Assembly (NCBI GenBank): GCA_022447855.1
Contig: JAKUTX010000008.1
Coordinates: 3,987 to 67,986 of the forward strand
Source of the DNA: SAR202 cluster bacterium
Lineage (GTDB): Bacteria; Chloroflexota; Dehalococcoidia; Lucifugimonadales; UBA6927
Length of the DNA stretch: 64,000 nt
Direction: 5' to 3'
Part shown: one piece after another, positions 56,897-64,000 of the stretch
Position numbering within the stretch: position 1 is the stretch's first letter
How the letters are laid out: every line of letters starts with the position of its first letter
Position numbers and translations under genes: made by a program
Notes under the pieces: generated by a model
Seen by the model: only the letters and a program-made list of their open reading frames with translations
What the model was told of the DNA's origin: nothing
Database searches by the model: none

Positions 56897-57922
56897 TTGA
56901 GTAACCCAAAAGTTGGATTTTTACTAATGAATATTGGAACTCCTACGGAGCCAACAATTTCAGGATTAAGAACCTACCTAAAAGAGTTTTTATCTGACCC
57001 AGATGTTATTGATGTACATCCAATTTTACGATGGTTAATTGTAAATTTACTCGTTGTACCATTTAGACCACATAGGATACTACATCAATATCAGAGTGTA
57101 TGGATGAAAGAGGGATCACCTTTAATGGTAAACTCCAAAAATTTCGTAGAGAAAATTTCTTCAAAAAACCCTGAATTTAAATTTGAAATTGGAATGCGCT
57201 ATGGGAAACCCTCGATAAAAGATGCGTTAATAAATCTTCAAAATTCTAAAGTGGAAAAGGTAGTTTTAATTCCTATGTTTCCACAATTTGCACAAGCCAC
57301 ATCAGGATCATGTGTGAAAAAGGCAATTGAGTTAATGCATGAGCTGAAAATCAATACTCCCTATGAAATAAAAAAACCATTCTATAATGAAGAATGGTTT
57401 ACTGAGTGTATAGCAAATTCTATTGAAGAATCAGAAGCATACAGAGACTCTGATCTTCTGCTATTTAGTTTTCACGGTTTGCCAGAAAGACAGATCAAAA
57501 AAATGGATCCTTCGAATCAATATTGCTTAAACAATATTGATTGCTGTGAAAGTAATTCCCCATTTAATGAAATGTGTTACAAATTCCATTGCCATACAAC
57601 CGTAAAAAAAGTTGTAAATAAACTAAAAACTAAGAAACCTTATCAGATAGGATTTCAAAGCAGATTTGGTCTTGATGCATGGATTAAACCCAACACAACA
57701 GATGTGATTGAGTCGTTACCAAAAGAAGGAATCAAAAAAATATCAGTCGTTTGCCCGGCATTTGTATTTGATTGTCTCGAAACTTTAGAAGAAATTGCTA
57801 TAAGAAATAATGAATATTTTGTTGAGGCAGGAGGTCAGTCTCTTAAAATGATTCCAGCATTAAATGATAACGATACTTGGGTTAATAAATTTTATGGATC
57901 AATTAAAAATAAATTTAATTGA
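56897..57922 (+). CDS. hemH: ferrochelatase
   Basis: 341 aa. VGFLLMNIGTP, PMFPQFAQATSGS and FSFHGLPE motifs. Contains a Cys-rich insert, CLNNIDCCESNSPFNEMCYKFHCH. TTG start at 56897 (alternative ATG at 56927). Confidence 0.9.
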   Translation: MSNPKVGFLLMNIGTPTEPTISGLRTYLKEFLSDPDVIDVHPILRWLIVNLLVVPFRPHRILHQYQSVWMKEGSPLMVNSKNFVEKISSKNPEFKFEIGMRYGKPSIKDALINLQNSKVEKVVLIPMFPQFAQATSGSCVKKAIELMHELKINTPYEIKKPFYNEEWFTECIANSIEESEAYRDSDLLLFSFHGLPERQIKKMDPSNQYCLNNIDCCESNSPFNEMCYKFHCHTTVKKVVNKLKTKKPYQIGFQSRFGLDAWIKPNTTDVIESLPKEGIKKISVVCPAFVFDCLETLEEIAIRNNEYFVEAGGQSLKMIPALNDNDTWVNKFYGSIKNKFN

Positions 57923-57943
57923 TCAAACTAGGAGATACTAGAA

Positions 57944-58219
57944 ATGGATTTTCACTCTGTTTCTCTTAAAATTAAAGATAATAAAAAAGTAATCATTAGG
58001 ACGTTAGCATTCTTTTTAGTTTTACGTTCCATACACGGATTTTCAATACTGGCTATTGCATACTTTTTAGGAGTAACCGTTCAGGATCTACGTAATTGGG
58101 AAATTTTCGGGTTCCGAATATATTTTTTGATTATAGCAATCGTCATATTCTTCATGTTTAGACGATATAAAAAAGTGTACAAATGGTGGAAAAACCTACC
58201 AAATCCTGTCAGGGAATAA
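57944..58219 (+). CDS. small membrane protein
   Basis: 91 aa with two hydrophobic helices and a basic C-terminus. Confidence 0.4.
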   Translation: MDFHSVSLKIKDNKKVIIRTLAFFLVLRSIHGFSILAIAYFLGVTVQDLRNWEIFGFRIYFLIIAIVIFFMFRRYKKVYKWWKNLPNPVRE

Positions 58220-58326
58220 ACCAATTATATCGTTAACTTTACAAAAGGACCAACTATTTCAGAACTCCATGGATATATTTAAACTCAGTAGGTTAAATAT
58301 ACTATATAACCAGTAGACAGAAATCA

Positions 58327-59037
58327 TTATTGACTGGCATAGAGCATTACCCTTCGCAGAACACTCTCACCTCTCGCACCAGAAAATTGCAAATCTAAAT
58401 TACCCGCTTTATCAATCAACCTAAAAGAAGGTACACCTTCCACCCCATATTTCTTTGCAATTAAATTCCCTTCATCCCAACCTGTAGGAATCATAAATTT
58501 TTGTTCATTATAAAAGTTTGACGCCTCTTCAAACTCTGAGAGTATTGCTATTCCAAGTACATCTACACCTGACTCCAAGAATTCTAAATACAGTGACTCA
58601 ACCACTGGCATTTCTTTATGGCAATATGGACACCATGGGGCCCAAAAGACCAATAAAATAGGTCTGCCATTTTGATCCAAAACATCAAATTGAGTTTGAT
58701 CGAAAAGTTCTAGTGTAAATTCAGGAGCTGGGTCAAGATCAGGAATTGGATAAGGAGGCGAGGATGGACTATTTGTAGAACCATTCTTAACCTCAGGAGT
58801 AGGATTTGTATTTGAAGCAATTGTAGGAGAAGGAGCAATTGTAGGAGAAGGCGCAGGTGTTGTAGTAGTCTCAAATGATGGAATAATAGTAGCCAAAATC
58901 CCTGATTTTATAGGATCAGATTGAATCATCTCAGAATCATCGATCTTATCAGCTCCATTAGAAGAGTTAGATGAGCAACTATTCAGTAATAACAAAAAAA
59001 GTAATGGTGTAAAAAGGACTATTTTGTTTTTATTCAA
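58327..59037 (-). CDS. TlpA/ResA-like thiol:disulfide oxidoreductase lipoprotein
   Basis: 236 aa. Signal peptide ending LLNSC, Pro/Ser/Thr linker with duplicated APSPTI, thioredoxin motif FWAPWCPYC. Confidence 0.8.
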   Translation of the reverse strand: MNKNKIVLFTPLLFLLLLNSCSSNSSNGADKIDDSEMIQSDPIKSGILATIIPSFETTTTPAPSPTIAPSPTIASNTNPTPEVKNGSTNSPSSPPYPIPDLDPAPEFTLELFDQTQFDVLDQNGRPILLVFWAPWCPYCHKEMPVVESLYLEFLESGVDVLGIAILSEFEEASNFYNEQKFMIPTGWDEGNLIAKKYGVEGVPSFRLIDKAGNLDLQFSGARGESVLRRVMLYASQ

Positions 59038-59087
59038 TTTAACCCCTTAAAAGATTTTAAATACAAGTAATAAATCAAAAATACAAC

Positions 59088-59471
59088 TTAGTTTTTGGTG
59101 GGTCTACTCAAAATATAAATTGTGCCTACCAGAGCTAATGATAATACAGGAATCTTAAAAAATAGCCACCCATAGGGAGCCCAAATTATAGATATTCCCG
59201 TAAATACCCACATCGAACCCAACGAAAACACCTTTGCCTTTAAAGCCATTGAACCAGTCTCTAAGAAATCGCGCACCGTTTCTCCAAAATATTTGTTCTG
59301 GACAACGAAATTATAAAGTTTTTCAGAAGATCGTACAAAAAAAGTGGCAGCCACTATTAACCAAATAGTTCCTGGAAGCCCTGGAACTATAAAACCCACG
59401 ATTCCTAAGGCCAAAAACAATAGGCCCAGAAAAATAAAAATGTAACGCTTTATCCTGCGTAAAAAACCCAT
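59088..59471 (-). CDS. YbaN/DUF454-family inner membrane protein
   Basis: 127 aa. LGIVGFIVPGLPGTIWLIVAATFFVRSS is the YbaN-type pattern. Confidence 0.7.
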   Translation of the reverse strand: MGFLRRIKRYIFIFLGLLFLALGIVGFIVPGLPGTIWLIVAATFFVRSSEKLYNFVVQNKYFGETVRDFLETGSMALKAKVFSLGSMWVFTGISIIWAPYGWLFFKIPVLSLALVGTIYILSRPTKN

Positions 59472-59605
59472 ACTAAATAAAAAACTGCTTAAACTTGAAA
59501 TTTTAACAGACCAAACTACTGACCTGATAATGCCCTATAATCATTATAACAATTGTTAAGTATAATTGTGAGAATTTTTACGAATTCAAATTATTCTACA
59601 GCTTG

Positions 59606-60511
59606 TCAATCTTCTAAAACCAAGCCTAATTCTCTAGCCAATTTCAATGTTTCAATGGCTGTCTTTTCATGTGCTATGTCAACCATACCTCCAAGATACG
59701 ATACCGCAGCCCCTCCAGATTTTCGAACTTCATCCATAGCCTTTATCAAACCTTGGCATTCTTTAATTTCATCCTGGGACGGAGAAAATATTTCATTTAC
59801 CACGGGAACGTGAGATGGGTGAATAACTGCCATTCCGGTGTATCCAATTTCTCTAGATTGAATCGCAAATCGTTTCAATCCATCAATATCTTCTATATCC
59901 TGCCAAAGTCCAGTCACCGGAAAACTTATGCCTGCAGCTTTAGAATCTAACAAAACTTTTGATCTTAAAAACAATGTTTCTAAACCTTCTGGAGTCCATT
60001 TATAACCAACAGCTCTTGCAATATCTCCTCCTCTTCCACCACCCGCACCCATATGAGCAACTCTTCGCGAAACCTTGGCGACATCATATGCAGATAGCAA
60101 TGCATATGCCGTCTCAAGACCCGGATCAATTAAAATAGATCCAACCGGAAGTCCCTTATTCTCTTCCTCAATAGAGAGTAATTTATCCAATATCTCAATA
60201 TCTTTCGGCCCTTCAACCATAGGTAACGAAATAGCATATAAACCTTCTTGAACGATTTTCGACAAATCAAGTTCTGTCATTCTAGAACTTATCGAATTCA
60301 CTCTTACAAAAATAGTCTCACCTTGAGCTGAGAGTTCTCCAATTAGTCTAGAAATAATCTCTCTTGCCACTGGCTTTTCGTCAATAGGGACGGAGTCTTC
60401 AAGATCCAAAATTAGAGCATCAGAAGAATATTTAGGAGATTTAATAATCCAATCTTCTTTATTCCCAGGAATATACAATAGTGTCCTGAGAAGTTTCGGC
60501 TGATATTTCAT
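59606..60511 (-). CDS. HpcH/HpaI aldolase / citrate-lyase beta (CitE)-like acyl-CoA lyase
   Basis: 301 aa. RTLLYIPGNK, ALILDLEDSV and GYTGMAVIHPSHV motifs. Confidence 0.85.
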   Translation of the reverse strand: MKYQPKLLRTLLYIPGNKEDWIIKSPKYSSDALILDLEDSVPIDEKPVAREIISRLIGELSAQGETIFVRVNSISSRMTELDLSKIVQEGLYAISLPMVEGPKDIEILDKLLSIEEENKGLPVGSILIDPGLETAYALLSAYDVAKVSRRVAHMGAGGGRGGDIARAVGYKWTPEGLETLFLRSKVLLDSKAAGISFPVTGLWQDIEDIDGLKRFAIQSREIGYTGMAVIHPSHVPVVNEIFSPSQDEIKECQGLIKAMDEVRKSGGAAVSYLGGMVDIAHEKTAIETLKLARELGLVLED

Positions 60512-60530
60512 AAAACCCTCTGAGAAAATA

Positions 60531-61802
60531 TTATATAATTCCTCTTTTTTCTAAATCAATCAAATCATCAACTTTCAAATTCAGTAACTTCTCAAAAACT
60601 TCCTGATTATTAACTCCTAAAACTGGTGCGCCATCTAAGTCTGGAAGTTCTCCATATGAAAATTTGACAGGGAATCCAGATGCAATTCCTGGAACAGGAT
60701 CTTCGAAAGCCGAACTACGCATGGATAGTAAGGTTTTTCTGTCCCAAAAATGAGAATCTTCTATCACCTCATCAACAGATCGAACTACTCCTGAAGGTAC
60801 ACCATGAATTTCCAATAAATCCAACGCCTTCTTTCTAGAATAAATAGAAAGCGATTTTTGTATCTCCTCTTTGGCATCAGTAACATTTCTATTTCTTTGA
60901 TCAAATGTTGAAAATCTTGGATCAGACAGAAAATCAGGTCGATTCAATGCTTTTGACAACCGTTCCCACTGATCATCACTTGCAACAGTTATAGTAATAT
61001 CCCCATCAACAAGATGATATAAACCCGTTGGGCCTGTACGAGTGCCATTACCTTGTCTCAAAGTTCCTTGCTCATTGATTAATTCTTCTAAATTATCCAT
61101 TAGCATAAGCGAAGTTAACGTATCCATCATTGACACATCAATATGCTGACCTTTTCCGGTTTTATCTCTTTCTTTTAAAGCTGCCAATATAGAATAACAG
61201 GCAAATACAGGTGTAACTAAATCACCAATATAGAATCCAATCCTTGTTGGAGGACCATCAGGATACCCATTAATATCCATTATTCCACTCATTCCTTGAA
61301 TTTGAGGGTCGTGGGCCTTATGAGCTGAATATTTCCCTGTTTGACCATAACCAGAAATTGAAGCATATATGATTTCAGAATTAACTTCAGAAACTTCCTT
61401 ATAACCAAGGCCTAACTTACTCATAGATCCAGGAGAAAGATTCTCAACAAGAACATCAGAATTCTTTGCCAAATCCAAAAACATTTTCTTACCGCACTCA
61501 TCTTTTAGATTCAAAGTAATGCTTTTCAATCCTTGTGAACGTTTCAAAAATCTCGTCGACAAATGTTGGGGGGAAGTTTGAAATTTCTCGTAACCATTTT
61601 GTGTTGCAAAAGGTCCATTACCCCTTACAGGGTCTCCTCTTCCAGGAATCTCTACCTTTATTGCTTCTGCTCCCAATCTGGCCAAATTAACCATTGTATA
61701 GGGACCAGCCAAAAAAACCGTTACACCTAAAACTCTAATGTCTGAAAGCGGGGAAAAAACATGCTCATCACAATCCAAAATAATCTCCTCGAGAAGAATC
61801 AC
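60531..61802 (-). CDS. family III CoA-transferase (CaiB/BaiF)
   Basis: 423 aa. PLSDIRVLGVTVFLAGPY...LGAEAIKVEIPGRGDP N-terminal signature. GTG start. Confidence 0.9.
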   Translation of the reverse strand: MILLEEIILDCDEHVFSPLSDIRVLGVTVFLAGPYTMVNLARLGAEAIKVEIPGRGDPVRGNGPFATQNGYEKFQTSPQHLSTRFLKRSQGLKSITLNLKDECGKKMFLDLAKNSDVLVENLSPGSMSKLGLGYKEVSEVNSEIIYASISGYGQTGKYSAHKAHDPQIQGMSGIMDINGYPDGPPTRIGFYIGDLVTPVFACYSILAALKERDKTGKGQHIDVSMMDTLTSLMLMDNLEELINEQGTLRQGNGTRTGPTGLYHLVDGDITITVASDDQWERLSKALNRPDFLSDPRFSTFDQRNRNVTDAKEEIQKSLSIYSRKKALDLLEIHGVPSGVVRSVDEVIEDSHFWDRKTLLSMRSSAFEDPVPGIASGFPVKFSYGELPDLDGAPVLGVNNQEVFEKLLNLKVDDLIDLEKRGII

Positions 61803-61952
61803 TCAAGATTCTCAATAATGACATACTATCACAGAAAAATGGGGTTACATCTTTTGCATAAACATAGACCCTGAATGATATTTGAATTCATTAAATTGTG
61901 TAAAAGAATCGAAAACAGTTTCGTTCTAGAGATAATTGTATATAATATGAAA

Positions 61953-62127
61953 CACGCCTCTAGTGCTAGGTATAGACTGGCTCTGACTAACGATGGGTGA
62001 TGTCTAGCAGCTAGAGACGTGGGAGGATTTAGATAGATTATACTTTTTTAATTAACACGCCCTTAGAGCCATTGTAGTAGATCAACTTATTACGACGAGG
62101 GCGCAAGTATGACCCTAAAGGCGTGTT
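61953..62127. ncRNA. two tandem long imperfect hairpins (candidate structured RNA or repeat element)
   Basis: Hairpin 1 is 61953-62021: CACGCCTCTAG pairs with CTAGAGACGTG, and TGCTAG pairs with CTAGCA inside. Hairpin 2 is 62054-62127: AACACGCCCTTAGAG pairs with CCCTAAAGGCGTGTT at 13 of 15 positions. Both 5' arms begin with AACACGCC. TATAAT at 61941-61946. Confidence 0.3.
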
Positions 62128-62163
62128 GAGGATATAATATATGTGGTCGATAATTATCTAATC

Positions 62164-63369
62164 CTAGAATAATATTCCTAATTCTTTCAAAATCGCCTGT
62201 GTGCCTTCCAAATCTGAAAGATCTTCCATAGACAAATCAGGAATTGTCATGTCTCCAATAGGATTCAAAAACTTGTGGACTTTCACACCATCAACTACAG
62301 GATATTCATATACCTGACCAGTAAAATATTGTTGAGCTACTGGCGATAGCATGAATTTCAGGAATTTTTCTGCATTCTCTTTATTTGAAGCAGTATTTAC
62401 AATTCCGGCTCCAGCTACCATTATCAAACTTCCTGGACCACCATCATTGAGATACAAATTCCTAGCATTGAAAGTATCACCTTGGTCAGCAATGAACCTG
62501 TGTAGGTAATAATGATTGACCATTCCAATACTAATTTCTTCTTCTGCTGCTGCTGCAACTTGTGGAGTGTTCTTTGGATATACAATTGGCTCATTCGCCT
62601 GAACATCCGCCAACCATTGTCTGGTTTTTTCCTCACCCCATGCGGCTCTCATTCCAGTAATCATAGTCTGGAAAGAACTATTTGTTGGAGCCCAACCAAT
62701 TTTACCTTTCCACTTCGGATCAGTTAAATCCTCAAGAGAAGATGGTAAATCGGAGTCTGCAATTGTAGCAGTGTGAACAAGGGTTCTTGCCCTTCCAGAC
62801 AATCCAACCCATGATCCATCTTTAGGCTTTGCCCAGTCATATGCCAGGTCAGAAATGTCAGCAGGCAATTTCGACAATCTACCTTCAGCAGACATAAAAC
62901 CTAATCCACCTGGATCTTGTGCCCAATAAATATCAGCAGGACTCTTATCTCCTTCTTCTAATATCATCAGTGCTACTGGGAATGTTTTCCCATATTTGAC
63001 CTGAACATCAATTCCGGTAACAGCCTCGAATTGTTCAACCACTGCACCAACTAATTTTTCAGATCGTCCAGAGTATAATACTAGTGAACCAGGATCGGTT
63101 GGAACTTCCTTCACAACTTCAATCTCTTTTTCTACCAATACTGTCTTCCCAGGAACTTCCTTAACAACCTCAACCTCTTTTATAACTTCTACTTCCTTCT
63201 CAACAGGAACTTCCTTAACTACTTCTACTTCCTTTATAACCTCAACCTCTTTGGTTATGACTTCTGGCTCTGAAGAACTATCATCAGAACAAGCTATCAA
63301 AGTCATTGATAGCAAAACCAAGAAAGCTATGGATAAGGACGTAAATCTAATATTTATTTGCCTTAACAC
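62164..63369 (-). CDS. family-1 extracellular solute-binding lipoprotein (Fe3+/FbpA-AfuA-like), orphan
   Basis: 401 aa. Lipobox LIAC, KEVEV repeat linker, then LVLYSGRSEKL...IYWAQDPG...GLSGRARTLV, typical of iron(III)-type binding proteins. No adjacent permease or ATPase. Confidence 0.75.
   Translation of the reverse strand: MLRQINIRFTSLSIAFLVLLSMTLIACSDDSSSEPEVITKEVEVIKEVEVVKEVPVEKEVEVIKEVEVVKEVPGKTVLVEKEIEVVKEVPTDPGSLVLYSGRSEKLVGAVVEQFEAVTGIDVQVKYGKTFPVALMILEEGDKSPADIYWAQDPGGLGFMSAEGRLSKLPADISDLAYDWAKPKDGSWVGLSGRARTLVHTATIADSDLPSSLEDLTDPKWKGKIGWAPTNSSFQTMITGMRAAWGEEKTRQWLADVQANEPIVYPKNTPQVAAAAEEEISIGMVNHYYLHRFIADQGDTFNARNLYLNDGGPGSLIMVAGAGIVNTASNKENAEKFLKFMLSPVAQQYFTGQVYEYPVVDGVKVHKFLNPIGDMTIPDLSMEDLSDLEGTQAILKELGILF
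63100..63267 (-). repeat. in-frame tandem repeats encoding a (K/E)EVEV(I/V)KEVP linker
   Basis: Residues about 35-90 read EVITKEVEVIKEVEVVKEVPVEKEVEVIKEVEVVKEVPGKTVLVEKEIEVVKEVP. The DNA shows the matching periodic aacttc/aacctc units. Confidence 0.8.
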
Positions 63370-63621
63370 TTTTTCTCCTTATATGCATATAGTTTTAATT
63401 TATAAGTATGCAGTAATTAAATTAACATATATACACACTCTTGTAAATAAGTCTATACATTTTATATTTAATGTGTACGCTATTAAATATTATTACTACA
63501 AGCTAAATTCCTATATACAGGCATTATTAGATGCAAGATAAAAATATTTAGAAGTCTAATTTAGAGAGCCCATGTGGTTGATAACTAGTTGGAAGGAATT
63601 TCATTTCATTATAATTTCTAT

Positions 63622-64000
63622 TCAAATCAAATTCTGAACGACTATAACTACTACTCCACCAACAACTAATATCGCACCAAAAACTACTCTTTTGGTAACC
63701 TTCTCCATTTTCTGGAGAAATATATGAGTAAAGATTATTGCCACTAATGGATGCAAAGCAATCAATGGTGATACTTGAACTACTGGAGAGTGAGTAATAG
63801 CAAAATAAAATGCCGTCACTCCCCAGGTCGCAGCGACTCCAGCCAAAACACAAAAGACCAAACCATTCATCCCAAACAAATTTCGATCTTTCCATACATG
63901 TCTATGGAAAATCGTTGATAAAACCGAAGCACCTATAAACATCGATAATGCGCTAACCACTAATGCAGGAACTTCCTCAGAAATTATCAATTTGCCCAAA
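63622..64000 (-). CDS. EamA/DMT-family transporter, C-terminal part (5' end beyond the right window edge)
   Basis: Several TM helices with an EamA-like tail (SPLIALHPLVAIIFTHIFLQEK-like ...RVVFGAILVVGGVVVIV). The ORF is open to the window edge. Confidence 0.7.
   Translation of the reverse strand, partial: LGKLIISEEVPALVVSALSMFIGASVLSTIFHRHVWKDRNLFGMNGLVFCVLAGVAATWGVTAFYFAITHSPVVQVSPLIALHPLVAIIFTHIFLQKMEKVTKRVVFGAILVVGGVVVIVVQNLI

Noticed and set aside
63548-63895. 115-aa minus-strand ORF overlapping the EamA gene in another frame.
   Set aside because: The overlapping frame at 63622..63999 gives a coherent multi-TM EamA-type sequence, whereas this frame gives a Ser/Cys/Trp-rich implausible protein.

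Overview
This is an AT-rich, tightly packed bacterial chromosome segment. Almost all of it is housekeeping genes with short or overlapping junctions. TGA is a normal stop codon here and GGAG-type ribosome-binding sites are common.

Gene content, left to right:
- A long minus-strand array: hflX (partial), dapL, dapF, miaA, tpiA, pgk, a polyprenyl-synthase-like gene and tsaC.
- A plus-strand purine cluster: guaA, purD, purE, purB, purC and purS, with several unrelated genes interleaved.
- A minus-strand histidine operon: hisZ-hisG-X-hisD-hisC-[1 kb insert]-hisB.
- A fuconate-dehydratase-like gene and an orphan gene.
- A NarL-type two-component pair, then tRNA-His and tRNA-Arg.
- pepA, an aminotransferase, mtaB, fabF, recJ, lgt, a XerC/D recombinase and uvrC.
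- An RHH/PIN-like/SPFH operon, then glxK, glnK-amt and lutABC.
- A methyltransferase, unknown gene and selenoprotein operon.
- An iron-chelate ABC transporter followed by hemH.
- A TlpA-like redoxin, a CitE-like lyase with a family III CoA-transferase, an orphan solute-binding lipoprotein and a partial EamA transporter.

No transposase, phage genes, CRISPR array or rRNA were seen.

Most noteworthy observations:
1. Two track ORFs at 51862-52392 are really one gene interrupted by an in-frame TGA inside a U-G-S-C motif. A hairpin lies just downstream. This is a probable selenoprotein, coupled to an uncharacterised 345-aa protein.
2. A roughly 1 kb, G+C-richer, almost ORF-free, hairpin-dense segment sits between hisC and hisB. 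It is flanked by a perfect 10-bp direct repeat (TTAACACATT).
3. Two further structured intergenic islets (28649-28760 and 61844-62127) share sequence blocks with each other, including an exact 21-mer, and with the his insert.
4. A zinc-phospholipase-C-fold gene is translationally coupled inside the his operon. It is a candidate for the missing histidinol-phosphate phosphatase.
5. A tightly coupled RHH/PIN-like/SPFH gene trio.

The lineage cannot be determined without a database search. The gene repertoire (DapL route, HisZ, CitE plus CoA-transferase modules, many orphan binding proteins) is compatible with a streamlined marine-type bacterium, but that is inference only.
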